NCBI GenBank assembly: GCA_965240325.2
Contig: OZ251222.1
Location: 1-64,000, forward strand
Length of the DNA: 64,000 nucleotides
Origin: Rebecca billardiae RCC1528
Lineage: Eukaryota > Protista > Haptophyta
Direction of reading: 5' to 3'
Positions 11,326 through 24,198 of this stretch are shown here, piece after piece. The notes under the pieces were generated by a model. That model saw only the letters and a program-made list of their open reading frames with translations, ran no database searches and was not told where the DNA came from. Numbering within the stretch: position 1 is the first letter of the stretch; every line of letters starts with the position of its first letter. The translations under genes were made by a program, and so were the position numbers.

Positions 11326-12273
11326 TCACGGCGGGTAGGGCGGCCACGAGCCGGGCTCGGGGATGGCGCGGCAGTCCTGGTCCGGCCCGAGCACCGGCTT
11401 GAAGGCCCACGCGCGCGGCTTCTTGGCGGTGGTGAGCGTGTACGAGGTGATGGGCGAGGCGTCGCCGAGCGGGTTGAGGTAGGCGGTCTGGATCTCGCGC
11501 ATGTTCGCGCGCTCGAGCGCCTCGGTGTACTCGAGCATGTCGACGTTCTTGAAGTAGGAGGACACTTCCGGGAAGCGTCCGCCGAAGAGCGCCTTGAGCA
11601 GCCCGAGCTTGGTGCCGGTGAGCACGACGCCGCGCGGCCGCAGCACGCGCGCGGTCTCGGAGACGGAGAAGTCGAGGTCGGTCCAGAAGTACCAGCAGTT
11701 GAGGTGGTACACCACGTCGAAGTACCCGTCGTCGAACGGGAAGTAGTCCGCCACCGAGCCCGTGCGCAGCTGCACGCAGTCCTGGTCGAGTCCCTCGGCC
11801 TCGAGCGCGGCGCGCGCGGACTCGCACGCGGCGTGCGACATGTCCACGCCGATCACGAGCGCGCCGACCTCGCTGCAGCGCCGTGCCATCGCAGTGATCG
11901 CGCTGCCCCCGCCGAAGCCCAGCTCGAGCACGCGCGAGCCCTTCTTGAGCGGCACGCGGTGCACGAGGTCGGACGAGACGGCCGCGCTGAACGAGTCGGT
12001 CAGCTCCATCATGCGGTTGGCCTGCTCGGAGTCGGAGGTGGGGTAGGCGAGCTGCGAGGCAAACCACTCGAGTACCGGCAGCTCCGCCTCCTGCACGCCG
12101 TTCGCCATCTCCGCCATCCCCTCGCGGTCGGCGAGGTCGAGCAGCTCGCTCACCGCGCCGAGCGTCCCCGCATCCGGCGGCGCGCGCGCGCTCGAGAGCG
12201 CGCGCGCGAGCCGGGGCGGGCGGAGGTGACGGGCGGAGCACAGCGCCGACGCGCCACGCACGCGTGCGAGCAT
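11326..12273 (-). CDS. Class I SAM-dependent methyltransferase
   Basis: RVLELGFGGG (motif I), VIGVDMS, FPFDDGYFDVVY, ETARVLRPRG; Arg/Ala-rich putative organellar transit peptide. Confidence 0.9.
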   Translation of the reverse strand: MLARVRGASALCSARHLRPPRLARALSSARAPPDAGTLGAVSELLDLADREGMAEMANGVQEAELPVLEWFASQLAYPTSDSEQANRMMELTDSFSAAVSSDLVHRVPLKKGSRVLELGFGGGSAITAMARRCSEVGALVIGVDMSHAACESARAALEAEGLDQDCVQLRTGSVADYFPFDDGYFDVVYHLNCWYFWTDLDFSVSETARVLRPRGVVLTGTKLGLLKALFGGRFPEVSSYFKNVDMLEYTEALERANMREIQTAYLNPLGDASPITSYTLTTAKKPRAWAFKPVLGPDQDCRAIPEPGSWPPYPP

Positions 12274-12640
12274 GCAAGCCGCCGCCCTGCGCCCCCCGCG
12301 CCGCGCGCGCGTGCGCTGGCTTGCGGCCGGCGCAGTCGCCCTCGACGGACTTCGGCTGCCGACTGCGCTTGCACACCTTGCCTGCCGCGAGGCGATGAAG
12401 GCTCGTGTCTACCCGGCTCTCCACCATGCGGCCTGACGGAACTGCCGCAGCCAAAGGTTCGTCAGACCTCCATGGCGGACTCCACCTCGGCGGGCGTCGG
12501 CGGCACCCGCGGCCGGCGGGGATGCGGGCGGCCATGGACAGGCGCTCGCGGCAAAGGTGCGACGGGCTTCGGCATGCGCGCGCTCGACGCCCTCCGCCGG
12601 TGCTTCGCCCGTCGCCCGCACGCCGCTCGGGCTCAGCGGC

Positions 12641-15600
12641 TCAGCCGATGGGCGGCAGCGAGTCTGGCACCTGGCCGTTGTTCACGGACGCGCCGTTCGA
12701 CGAGGCGAGCGCCGCGGCGAGGGCGATGCCCCCGCCGTCCGAGGCGGTCGAGCTGTACGTCGCCGCCGAGCGCGCCGTGCGCGCCGTCCAGCCCGTGTCC
12801 GCCTGCTCGGAGCGCTGCGGCGAGCTGCCGTCGTCGCGCGGCGCGCGGCCGGCGCCTGCGCCGGCGCCGCCGTCGTCGCTCGAGCTGAGCTCGTCCGCAA
12901 AGACGTTGGCGGAGGCGGAGGTGGGCCGCGACGGGAACATGTCGCTCCCGCCGTCCGCCGGCCCGCGCGAGCGCCCGCGCGGGCGGCCGCCCTCCGCGCT
13001 CGCGCCGCCGCCCGAGCCGCGGCTCTGCGCGCGCGACGACTCGGCCTCCCACGCGGCGCGCAGCTGCGCGCGCTGCGCGGCCGCGGCGGCCGCGGCGTGG
13101 TAGCTGCTGCCGCCCGAGCGCGCGGCGGCCTCCTGGATCGCGCTCGCCTTGGCGCGCATCTCGCGCAGCTGCCGCGAGCGGAAGCGCACGTAGTCCGCCT
13201 CGTACTGCTCCGCCAGCGTGCGCTCCATCAGCCTCGACGCGAGCGCGCGCCGCTCGGCCGCGAGCGAGCGGCGGCGCGCGTTGAGGTCCTCGCGCTCCGC
13301 CGCCTGCCGGCTGCGCGCGCGCGCGCGGAGAGGGGGGCGGCGGCGGGGCGCGCGGGGGCGGCGTCAGCCTCGGCCGCGCGGCGATGCGGCTTTGGCGCGC
13401 GCGCGCGCACACGCGCGCGCGCCGCAGGGCGCGCGCGCACGTGATGGAGCCGACCGCGCGCTCGGTGCGCACGCGCTCGGCCACGCGGCCGTTGGCCGCG
13501 CGCGCCGCCTCCTTGGCGCGCGCCACGTCGGTCGTGCGCATCTGCTTGGCGACGAGGTTGTGCGACTGCACGAAGGACGACTCGAAGACGCCCTGCGAGC
13601 GCAGCCGCGCGACGCGCCGCCGGCGCGCGCGCACCTTCGCCGCGCGCTCGGCGGCGAGGCTCGCCTCGCGCGCGGCGGCGGCCCTGCGCGCCGCGTCCGC
13701 CTCGTCGCGCTCGACGGCGGCGACCGCGCGCCGCCGCGCCGCCTCCTCGATGTCGTCCTCCGCCGCCTCGAGCCGCGCGCGCTGCGCCGCCTCACGTCGA
13801 TACGCCACTGCGGTGCGCGTTTCGATCTCGCGCTCGAGCGCGCCCAGCTGCGCCATCTCCGCCGCGCCGACGGCCTCCTCGAGCGCGCGCGTCGCGACGA
13901 AGGTGCGCACGCGCGCGAGCAGCCGCACGCCGTGCGAGTGCGCCGGCGTGATCGGCGCCTGCGCCACCGCGCGCCGACGCGCCGCCTGGTGCGCGAGCCG
14001 CGCCTCGCGGATGGCGCGCTCGGCCAGCTCCGAGTCGACGCGCACGCGCGCCGCGATCGCCGCGCGCGCGTGCGCGTCGGCGCCCTCGCCGCGCGCCGCG
14101 CGGTGCGGCGCGAAGCCGCGCAGCCCGAGCGCGCCCGCCTGCGCGCCCAGCAGCCGCACCACCGACGCCACACCCAGGCCGGGCGGCGCGTGCGCGCGGC
14201 CGGCCGCGCGCCGCGCCGCGCCCGGCACGCGCGTGCGCGCGAGCTCGAGCGAGCCCACGCGGAAGAAGGAGCCGGCGAACTCGTCCAGGTCGATGGTGGG
14301 CTCGCCCTCCTCCGCCGCGACCAGCCGCTCGTACCGCCACAGCCCGCGCGACCACTTGGAGCCCGCCGCCTCTGCGAGGTAGCGCCGCCGCAGCAGCCGC
14401 GCGAGGTAGGCGCGCGCCGCGCACTGGATGCGGATGGCGGCGAGCTCGCGCGCCATCTCGGCGCGCGTAAGGAGGAGCGGGCGGCGCGGGCGCAGCACGG
14501 ACGCGCTCGCCACCTCGAGCAGCGCCGCGCGCAGCCGCAGCTCCTGACGACGCGCGCGCGAGCGGCGGCGGGCGGCGCCGTCGGCGCGGGTGGCGCGCGT
14601 CAGCGTCAGCGCGGCGCGCGCGGGCGGCGGGCGGCGGTCGGCGCGCGGTCGGCGCGGCGCGAGCGCGGCGCGGCGCGAGCGCGGCGCACCTCGACGCTGG
14701 GGAACTGCAGCGCGACGATCGTGCCCGCGCCGTACACCATGCTGTCCGCGCCCTCGTCGAGCGGCGGCGCCGCCCCACCCTCGCCCTCCGCGCCTCCCCC
14801 GCCGCCGTCCGCGTCCGCGTCCGCGTCGGCCGCGGCCGCGGGCGGCAGCTGCCTCACGCCTACACGCAGCAGTGCGGACGGCAGCGGCGTGGGCGCGTGC
14901 GCGAGCTCGCCGGCCGCCAGCATCGCGTGCGCCTGGAACGAGTCGATCTCGATGAGCTCGGCGACGCGCGCGTCGCGCAGCACCCAGCCCGGCAGCGCGC
15001 GCGGCGGCCGGCCGAACGCCGGCGTCGCCGCGTCCGCGCCGACCGGGCTGACGAGCGCGCGCGTGCCGCCATCGTCTGTGGCGGCGAGCGTGTACGTCAG
15101 AGGGTGGCGCTCCGGCCACAGCCCGCGGCCCGGGAGGCCGCCGACGACCCACGCGCGGCGCGAGAGGGGCGGCCACTTGACGTGCGCCCAGTCCGCGTCG
15201 CGCACCATGTGCGCGTGCGCGTACGCCACCGCGCCGCCGCCGCCGCCGAGCGCGAGCACGCGGCCGTGCGCCGCGTGGAGCGCGCGCGAGTGCGCGCGCA
15301 GCAGGGCTGCTCGGTAGCGCCGCTGCAGGGCGCGCGCCGCACGCGCCTCGAGCGCGCACGCGGCGAGCGAGGGCGTGCGCCACGAGTGGAAGGGGCGGAG
15401 CAGCGGGCCGCCCTCCTCCGGCGGCGGCGCCTCCGCCGCCCAGCCCGGCGCCGCCTCCACGTGCGCCAGCGGCGTCGCGCCGCGCGGCAGCCGCGCGCGC
15501 GCCAGCAGGCCGCGCGCCGCCCGCTGCAGCTCGAGCGCGGCGGCGGTGCGCTCGACCGACGGCTGCGAGAGCGGGAAGACGAGCGAGTCGAGGAGCTTCT

Positions 15601-16072
15601 GCCGGTGCACGATGGAGGCGAGCGCGGGCGCCGCCGCCACCGCCGCCTCGATCACCATGTGCGCCGAGTCCGCCGACGAGCGCCGCCGCGAGCCGCGCCG
15701 CGCGCCGCCGCCGCCGCCGGCCGCGCCGCCGTCCGCGCTGGGCTCGCGGCTGCCGCGCCGCCGCTCGCTGCGTCGGCGCTCGCTGCCTCGGCGCGAGGCG
15801 GGCGCGGCCGCGGGCGCGGCCGCCGCCTCGCCGGCGTCGGCGCCGGGCGGCGTGCCGCTGGGCGCCTCCTCCTCCTCGCCGCCCTCCTCGTCCTCCTCGT
15901 CCTCCTCGTCCTCCGAGCCCTCCTCCTCCTCCTCCTCCTCCTCCTCCTCCTCCTCCTCCTCCGACCCCTCCGAGCCCTCAGAGCCCTCAGAGCATTGCTC
16001 TGAGCATTGCTCTGAGGGCCCTGAGCCGGAGCGGGCGGAGGCGGAGCCCGAGCGCTCGGCCGGCGCGACGTC

Positions 16073-16103
<31 letters not shown>

Positions 16104-18131
16104 CCCGAGCCGCGCCGGCTGCCGCCCGCCTTCGCCCGCCCAAAGCTGCCGCTGCCCCCCGCCGCCGCCGCCTCCGCCTCCGCCGCCTCCGCCTCGGCCG
16201 CCCCCGCGGTTGAGGTGGCGCCGCCGCCATCCATCTCCGCGACGGCCTCGGCGATCACGGCGGCGCGCAGCGCGCACACCTCGAGCAGCGCGATGGCGTG
16301 GTCGACGGAGGGCAGCCGCACGCGCACCAGCCGGCGCTGCGCGTGCATCGTCCCCAGGTGCGTCAGCGAGCGGTTGGGCAGCTCGCGCGCGAGCGCCGCG
16401 CGCAGCGCGCGGCCGTCGGCGCGCGTGGCGCGCACGCCGCCGCGCGGCCGCAGCGCGCGCAGCGTGTCGGCGTCGGGCGTGGCGAGGCCGCTCGCGCGCT
16501 GGATGGACGAGCGCGCGGCGGCGGGGTCGACCGGCGGCTCCGCGCCCTCGGCCTCCGCCGCCGGCGCCGCCGCCGGCGCCGCCGCCACCGCCGGCGCCGC
16601 GCCGCCCGCCCTGCGCGCGCCCACCAACAGCGCGCGCAGCACCGCGCAGCCGCCAGGCAGCTCGGCGACGCGCGCCTCGGCCGCCACGCGCTCGGCGGGC
16701 GGCATGGCGAGGGCGAAGTAGTCGGAGGCCTGCTCGGCGGGCTCCGCGCCGCCCGCCCCGTCCGCCGGCCGCGCGAACCCCGCCTCGCTCGCCGCCGCCG
16801 CCACCTCGCGCAGCAGCGGCCGCAGCTGGCTCATCTGCGACGCCTGCACAAACAGGAGCGGGTGCGGGCCCAGCCGCGCGCCCAGCGCCTCGCGGCTGGC
16901 GCCGAGGCGCGCGGCGGCGCGCGCGGCGGCGGCGGGCGCGAGCGCGCGCAGCCGCTCCGCCTCCGCGCGCAGCGCGCCCTTGCGCAGCGCCTCGGACCGC
17001 GCCTTGAGCCGCGAGACCGCGTGGCCGCGCGCGCGCCGCCCTCTCCAGACGCGCTGCACGACTGCCGCGCACGCGTGCGCGCGCGCGCGCCACTCGCGCA
17101 GCGCGCGGCGGACGGAGCCGCCCTTGAGGTAGCGCTGCAGCTGCATCACCACCGACTCGCGCGCGTGCAGCCGCTTCACGTGCCGCACCTCGCGCCGCAG
17201 CTGCTCGCGCAGCTCCGTCGCCGTCTGCCCCGGCCCCTGCCGCAGCTGCCACGCGTCCTCGTCCACGCGGCCGCGCGCCGAGAGCCGGCCGTACCGCGCG
17301 CCGAAGCGGACGCCCTCGATGAGCTCCTCGTCGGAGATCACGTGCGCGTCGAGCGCGCGCAGCGGGATGAACGTGTTCACCACGAAGTGCCGGTAGCTCG
17401 GGTGCTCCGCCACGGGGCACGCGTGCAGCGTCAGCCGCAGCAGCGACGGGATCGATTGCTGAGCGCGAGCGCGCACGGCCGCGGTGGAGGCGCGCGCGAG
17501 GGCGCGCGGCGTGAGCGCGCGCGCGCTGCGGCGCGGGCGGCGCGCGCCCAGCCTCCCATCCCCGCGCCGCGCCGCCGCGCCGTGTGCGCGCCCAACGCCG
17601 CGCGCACCAGCGAGGCGACCGTGCGAAGCGCCTTGAGCGGGTTGTGGTGCAGATGCAACACCTGCAGCTGCGTGAGCTGCGCCCACCAGTCGGCGGGCGG
17701 GAGCGTGGCGAGCTTGTTGTGGCTCAGGTCCAGCTTGCGCAGGAACGGGATGCGGAACAGCGACGCTGCGGGGCGCGGCAGGCGGCGGCGAGGGCACACT
17801 CGCGGCTCAGGCGCGGCGGCGCGCACCGCCGCGGCCGCGGCCTCTCGCTCGCTCGGCGCGCGCGCGCGGCGGCGGGCAGCGTACGTGGCAAGCGGTTGAG
17901 CAGGTTGTGCTGCAGGTTGACGATCTCGAGCTTGGGGCACATCGCGCCGAGCGGGTGCCCCATGTCTGTGAGCTGCAGCCGGCTCAGGTCGACCGCCGTC
18001 GCCTCCTCGGGCGCGAGGCCGTACGTGCGCGAGGCGATGAGCTCCTGCGTGAGGTCCTGGCCGGACTCGCTCGCGCGCGAGGCGTGGTCCTTGACGAGCG
18101 TCTCGCGCACATGCGGCGCCGAGGCCTGCAT
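12641..18131 (-). CDS. Leucine-rich repeat and IQ-motif protein, LRRIQ3-like (multi-exon)
   Basis: N-terminal LRRs (VDLSRLQL, VNLQHNLL, LDLSHNKL, LHLHHNPL); LRR cap CPVAEHPSYRHFVVNTFIPLRALDAHVISDEELI resembling LRRIQ3; IQ motifs (VQRVWRG, LQRAARG, LQRRYRA, IQCAARA); C-terminal coiled coil; introns include 17766-17884 and ~17459-17607, others approximate. Confidence 0.75.
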
Positions 18132-18326
18132 CGCCGCGCGCCCCAACCGGGATGCGCCACCCCAACCGCCCGCGTGCGAGCGATGGCGGCTTTCGAAACT
18201 GTCACACTCATTCACAGCCCGGAACGGGCGAATCGGACACTACTGCGGCCGCCATCTTGGCGCGCCCAGGTGACCCGCCCGCATCGTCGCCGCGCACCGC
18301 GCCGCGACGACGCGCGGCGGGCCGGG

Positions 18327-19046
18327 ATGGGCCCGCCGGCGCCGCTCGTGCCGCCGGACAACTTCTCGATGGTGTGGCACGGCGTGTACCGCTCCGGCTT
18401 CCCCACCAAGAAGAACCTCCACTTTCTGCGCACGGTCGGGATCCGCTCGGTGCTGTGCCTCTGCCCGGAGGACTACCCGGAGTCGTCGATGGCCTTCTTC
18501 AGGGAGAACGGGATCTCGCTGATCCAGCACGGGGTGGACGGGAACAAGGCGCCCGACGACCGCGTCGGCGCGTTCATGAGCCACGAGATCGTCGCGGACG
18601 CGCTCGCGTCCGTGATGGACCCGGCCAACCACCCTCTGCTCATCCACTGCAACCAGGGCAAGCACCGCACGGGCACGCTGGTCGGCTGCCTGCGCAAGGT
18701 GCAGCGCTGGTCGCTCGTCGCCATCTTCGAGGAGTACCGACGCTTCGCCGGCGAGAAGAGCCGCGTCGTCGACCTGCAGTTCATCGAGCTCTTCGACACG
18801 TCGACGCTCCCAGTCCGGCCGGCACGCGCGCCCAGCGCCGAGAGCGTTGAGCACGCGGCGGCGGAGGCGGCGGCGACGGCCGCCGGCGCCGACGGCGGCG
18901 GGTCGCTCGCAGAGCAGGGCGACGCCCGGCGGGCTCGGCCCGGCGCGAGCGAGGAGTCGTCGTCGCACGCCCCGCTTGGCGCCGACGGCAGGCGCCAGGC
19001 CCAGATCCCCGCCGCGGCGCGAGAAGCGGTGGCAGCGCAGTTGTAG
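18327..19046 (+). CDS. Siw14/PFA-DSP-type atypical dual-specificity (inositol pyrophosphate) phosphatase
   Basis: PPDNFSMVWHGVYRSGFP, P-loop LIHCNQGKHRTG, EEYRRFAGEKSR..DLQFIELFD. Confidence 0.92.
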   Translation: MGPPAPLVPPDNFSMVWHGVYRSGFPTKKNLHFLRTVGIRSVLCLCPEDYPESSMAFFRENGISLIQHGVDGNKAPDDRVGAFMSHEIVADALASVMDPANHPLLIHCNQGKHRTGTLVGCLRKVQRWSLVAIFEEYRRFAGEKSRVVDLQFIELFDTSTLPVRPARAPSAESVEHAAAEAAATAAGADGGGSLAEQGDARRARPGASEESSSHAPLGADGRRQAQIPAAAREAVAAQL

Positions 19047-19381
19047 TCCAAGCTACTCACTACTCACTAGTCGTGGCAGCGGAGCCCCAAGCATCAAGAG
19101 GCTTCTGCGAGGCGGCCCGGCTGCCCCACGGACCACGGTGGCGAACAAGCTAGCCACAGCCCACAGTGTGCTAGCTAGGTGCCCGTGTGACTGTGCGTTG
19201 GTGGAGATGACCATAGTGGGTGGGAGTCGGGAGACACGAGTCGTACTGTACAAGTACGACTGCTGCTGATTAATTAATGCCTGAGATTCGAAACGGAAAC
19301 CGCGCCGACTTTCTGCAATCCGCAGCGACCTGACGCCGCCCCGAGCCGGCCGGCCGCAACGCCTGCCTGCCGCTACCCGCC

Positions 19382-20501
19382 ATGTTCACGGGCGGTACAA
19401 CCTCCGCGTCGGAGGCGCGGCGGCCCACGATCTCGGACGTCGACCTCAAGAAGCTGGACCTCGACAATGATGGTCAGCTCGACGAGGAGGAGGTGAAGGC
19501 GCTCAAGCACCTCTTCCTTCAGGGCTCGGACGGATCGGACCCTGAGATTGAGTTCTTTGCTAACGAGCGCGCGCGCAAGATGGCGACGTGGCAGAACACG
19601 TCGCTGCTCACGGCGCTCTTCCTCACGTTCACGGTCCCCATGGCGCACGAGGTGCGCGCATGCCCGCGTGTGGCGCCAGCCCTGCGCACCGCTGCGTGCA
19701 GCGGCTGACAACCGTGGCGAGCGTGCGCGCGCCCGGTCACCCCATGCCGTCCAGCCGCCCCAGCTGACGAGCGGCGGCTTTCAGCTGCTCTTCTCGATCT
19801 TCAATGGCGCCGCCATCTTCTTCCAGCTCTTCGGCCTCGCCATGACCGTGCAGCTCATGATCAAGCTGGAGCAGGCGGGCGGCGGTGCGGTCGCCACCGT
19901 CGCGTTCATGCGCTCGCCGATGATGACCGCCGTGGACATGACGGCGTACGCGTGCTCCTACGGTGCGCGCAGCAACGCGCACCGCGCGGCCCGCACGTCC
20001 TTGCGCGCGCATCGGCGGCTGCCTACCTCGCTTCGCCGACGCTCGCCCTCATCCGCCCCGCCCTGGCGCACGTCTGTGCCGCTTTGGTGCGCGCAGGCAT
20101 CCAGCTGTGGGCAACGGCCCTCGCGATCGTGATGCTCGTCCTCGGCTCGGTGGAGTGGGAGACGCGGGACACCGCGTGGCACGCATGTGCGCGCCGAGCC
20201 GTGCGAGCTGTGCCCCGCCGCTATGCCGCCCGGCACGCGCGCGAGAATGCCGCGCGCGCTCGCGCTGACCCACCGTACTGCGCGCGCCCGTCATGGCGTT
20301 TGGGTCTTTGCCGGCCTTGCGCCCACCGCCCTCCCTCCCGCCGGACGGTACGCAGGGATCTCGCCGATGATCGTCTTCGCCATCGGCACGATCACGTACA
20401 TCGGCGTCGTGATCATCACCAACATGGCAAAAAACCGCGCGCAAAAGGTCGAGTCCAAAGCGCTCAAGGCGCTGCGCGAGGCGCAGCGCAAGGGCTCGTA
20501 G
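19382..20501 (+). CDS. Small multi-pass membrane protein with an N-terminal EF-hand (about 4 exons)
   Basis: EF-hand loop DLDNDGQLDEEE; about four hydrophobic segments separated by GC-rich GT..AG introns; last junction unresolved. Confidence 0.6.
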
Positions 20502-22068
20502 GCGTATTAGGCACGCTGGCAGGGCAGCACCACACGCCGGCTAGCGGCTGTGTCCTGCGTGCACCGCCCGCAGCGTTCACAGGCAGCTTCACTGGCCGAT
20601 CGGCCGAGCTGCCCGCGTCGTGGCGGTCGTCGTCCACTGCTGCGCGTTGGCAGCATCATTGCGCGCTCAGCCCTGAACCGTCCCCAACTGCCCTGCCTGT
20701 GGCTGTGACACTCCGACGTCCGCGGAGACATCAGACAGGACTAGGAGTCGCCGGCACATATACTACTAAATTATAATGTCATATTACTGCCTAGTGGGGT
20801 CAGAGCTCCGACCGTTACACTCCCGCGAGTGACACAATCTCCCGAAATCTCGAAATAAGAAATATCTCCTCTATTTATATATATATAGCGATAACTTGTT
20901 TGAGTAGTATGTATCGCGTAATCACGTTTACGAGTTCGTTTAGGCTTAATTCCAGGGTGTAGAATCCGCCTGTGCCAATTTCAGGCTGCGCCAAAATGTG
21001 ATCTAGCCGACGGTGCGATTCTGGTGCAAATAGCGAGATCACCTTGGAGATCTATAGTGTATCTCCCCTACTAATGTTGCCGAGATCGCGTCGAGATTGA
21101 GGTCGTATATCTCCAGTTACCAGTATGTGACATTTTTTCGCAAAACTTATCAGCGTGACCCCAGGTCATTTCAGGCGAATATTGACATCCCGAAGTTTGA
21201 GAGCCTCGTCTCAAGACGACAGAAAGTTGGATTTTGGGCCACACACCCCACAGTGGGGCTCTGACCCCTCTATAATTACATTTACTGCCGGCGTAGCGGT
21301 AGTGCCCAGGTGCACGGGCATGCGCAGCCTGGCCATGGTGCGGATGATGCATCGTCAGCCGGGAGCCAGGAGCCCTGCCGGCGCGCCGCGCGGCGGGGCG
21401 GGTCCGTTTGTCGCAGCGGCATGGCAGTGTGAGTGTCAGTCTGATCAGCCAATGCTGCTGACGACGATCATTCTATGTGACTATCCGGGCATAAAGACTG
21501 GCCGATGTGGCGACACTCCCATAGCTTTTCCTGACGGCCCGAGGTACGAGACACGAGTGGTCGTTGCCCGCAAAACTGCACGAAAATAAACATTTTGCCA
21601 CGTTTGCGGAAATGGCGGGGCTCCCGGCCGCTCTGCCGCTGACTTCGCCCGCTGGCAGGCGCAGTGGGAGCCGACCACTCGTACCTTCGGCCGTCAGACA
21701 GGAGGTCGTGTACCGCCCGCGCGCCGCGGCCTCGCACGGCGCGGAGAGGCCGCTCCAGGGGGCGACATCCGCTTGGGCGCGGTCCATCTTGACGCCCTCA
21801 AGGGGCCCACAGCGCCTAACGCCCTTGTACGTTTGACCTCGCGCGCGAGCGCGTTCAAAACGGCCTCCATCCTGAGGTCCATCCGCGGCCAGTCTTTATT
21901 ATAATACTCCTTTGTCCGGGCACGAACCGACTGCTGAGCAACCCCAAGAGGCAAGCGACCCACCGGCACGGGCGCTGTCGGGCTCAAGATTCACGCCCGC
22001 GACTGCTAAATCGGCGCCAGGCGCGCGCTGGCGACTGCTGGGTGCACGCCTCGCGGCGAGCGCACGCG

Positions 22069-22900
22069 ATGGCTCCCGTTGAGAAGCAGACGACGCTCGT
22101 CAGGTACGTCCACGCTCCATGCCGCTGCCTCTCACCCCCCGCACTCGCGCAGCCCCCGCGCCAGGACTGACCTCGCGCTGCACCGCCCGCCCGGCCGCGG
22201 TGCAACAGGGCTCGCAGCCTGTGCACACTCGACATGCAGACGGCGGATCCTACCGTCCTAGACGTATGCGGCGTGGAGGCGCTCTCGTTGGTCACCGCCT
22301 CCCCCGCCGTGCTCAACGCGACCGGGCTGCAGGCCTTCGTGATGGAGGTGGCCAACCCGTCGCTCACCAACGCCATCCTGATGTCTGCGGGCAACTTCTA
22401 CGTCGCCACGCCGTTCGGCGCGACGGTGTACCCCGTGGACCTAGCAAACGTACGCGGAGTCCGCGCCCCGCGCCGCGTGCCGTCTCGCCCGCCCGCCCAC
22501 GCCGCAGTGCCCCGCGCCCCGCGCGTGCCCTGTCCGCAGGTGTACTTGGGCACACCCTCAGCGCTGGCTGTGGGCGGGGTATACATGGCCGACGCGTTCA
22601 TCGGCTCGCCCACGGCGGGCGACTATGTGGGCGTGCAGGCATATACCGTGAGCTATGGTGCGCGCGCGCGTGTCGCGCATGGCGGGCGCGGGCGCCGCTC
22701 TGAGCGCGTCGCCCTCCCTCTGCCTGACGGTCTCCGCCCATCCCTCACCACCGCGCACCACCACCGTCAGGCTCACCCTCGTACGATTCCGCGCACGGCC
22801 TGGATCATGGCAGCAACATATGAGCAGCCGGGCACGTGGGGCGGTACGTGGCGGCTGCTCAGCGCTCGATCGCCTAGCCGGGGGCCGCTGCTCGAGCTTC
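22069..22900 (+). CDS. Hypothetical multi-exon protein or gene fragment
   Basis: Protein-like blocks (VLDVCGVEALSLV..FYVATPFGATVYPVDLAN; VYLGTPSALAVGGVY..YTVSY) separated by GTACG..CAG introns; both ends uncertain. Confidence 0.35.
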
Positions 22901-24198
22901 TGCGCCCGCTGGACGTGGGCGTGCGAAATGCCGCAGCAGCTGCTCTGCACGGAGTCTGGGGCTGGGCGTCCTCGTTGGATTCCTCCGCCGCTCGTCTCAG
23001 AAGCAGATGGGCCTCATTGCACGGCAGTGGCGTGCGCACGCTGGGGCATTGTGGAGCTGTGGGACGGTCCGGCTGCAGCCGCGTGCTGGTCGTGAGGCCA
23101 GCCAGGGAAGAAGCAGCCAAGCTTGTGATGAGCATGATGCTGGCGTCATGCTGCTTGCTGACTCATATCTGAGTCGGCCTTCGCACAACATCCTGCGCAT
23201 CCGCCGGCTGCAGAAAGAACGGCCGGAGGGCACCGTTGCTGCTCGGCCCGGCTGAGCCGCGGAACTGCCCGAGCCACCGAATCGGCTGGACCGTGAGCAT
23301 CCACTTACGCGCCTGCGGCGCGGGCGGCCGCGCGGGGCGGCGCTGCCATCTGCTCGAGTCGGGTCCCGCCATCATGCAGTGGCCATCATCTCCGGACTAC
23401 TGTAGTCAGTGTCAGTAGCTACTCCTCGGACTGCCCCCGCCGGCTGCGCCGCTGACCCCGCCCGGGCGCGGACTGTGCAGCCAGCAGTTACTCAGCCTCT
23501 GAGGCATGCACTCAATCAATGCAGGCCTGCTAAATGCTAATACGCGTAAGTGCTAGTGTCTGTAGTAATAATAAGTATATATATATATATATAGTATAGA
23601 CTACGACTAGTGTCAGCAGTAGTGAGTAGCCTTGTCGCCCCGTTGTGACCCGTGTCATGATGTCTCATGGCGGCGGTCGCCGTAAGTAGCGTGACGATGT
23701 GAGTTTAGTAGCAGGCCGGCAACATATAGTTAATCATTTACATACAGCGCGCATGATTTTTTGCGACTGCTACATAATAAAGGGTAGCAGCAGCAGAAGA
23801 CCCGCGCTTTGCCGCGCGACTGAGCTAACGGTTCGCGCAACCATCGCTCACAGTCAGCCCGAGGTGAAGGTCCGGCGCGCGTCGCCCAGGCCCCAGGGTC
23901 CGGGCGTCACGACCTCACGACGCGCCGATGAGCCGCGACGGCCGAGAGTGACTAAGCTCGGGCTGACGAGCGATCGTCTGCGCGCCTCTGGGCCCACTGA
24001 CGACGAGCGCGTGCTCCACGACGTGCGATCACATCTCCGCTCGCGTGTGCAACTAGCCGTGTGGCGTCAACCCGCAGCGCAGCCGGGGCGGGGGTGGGGG
24101 GCGGTCGAGACAACGAGTGACGGCCTGACAGCTCACGGCACCTCGACTGGCGCGTGGCGTGGCGCGGCCGACGCGGTGCTGCCGCGCCAAGGCCGCGT

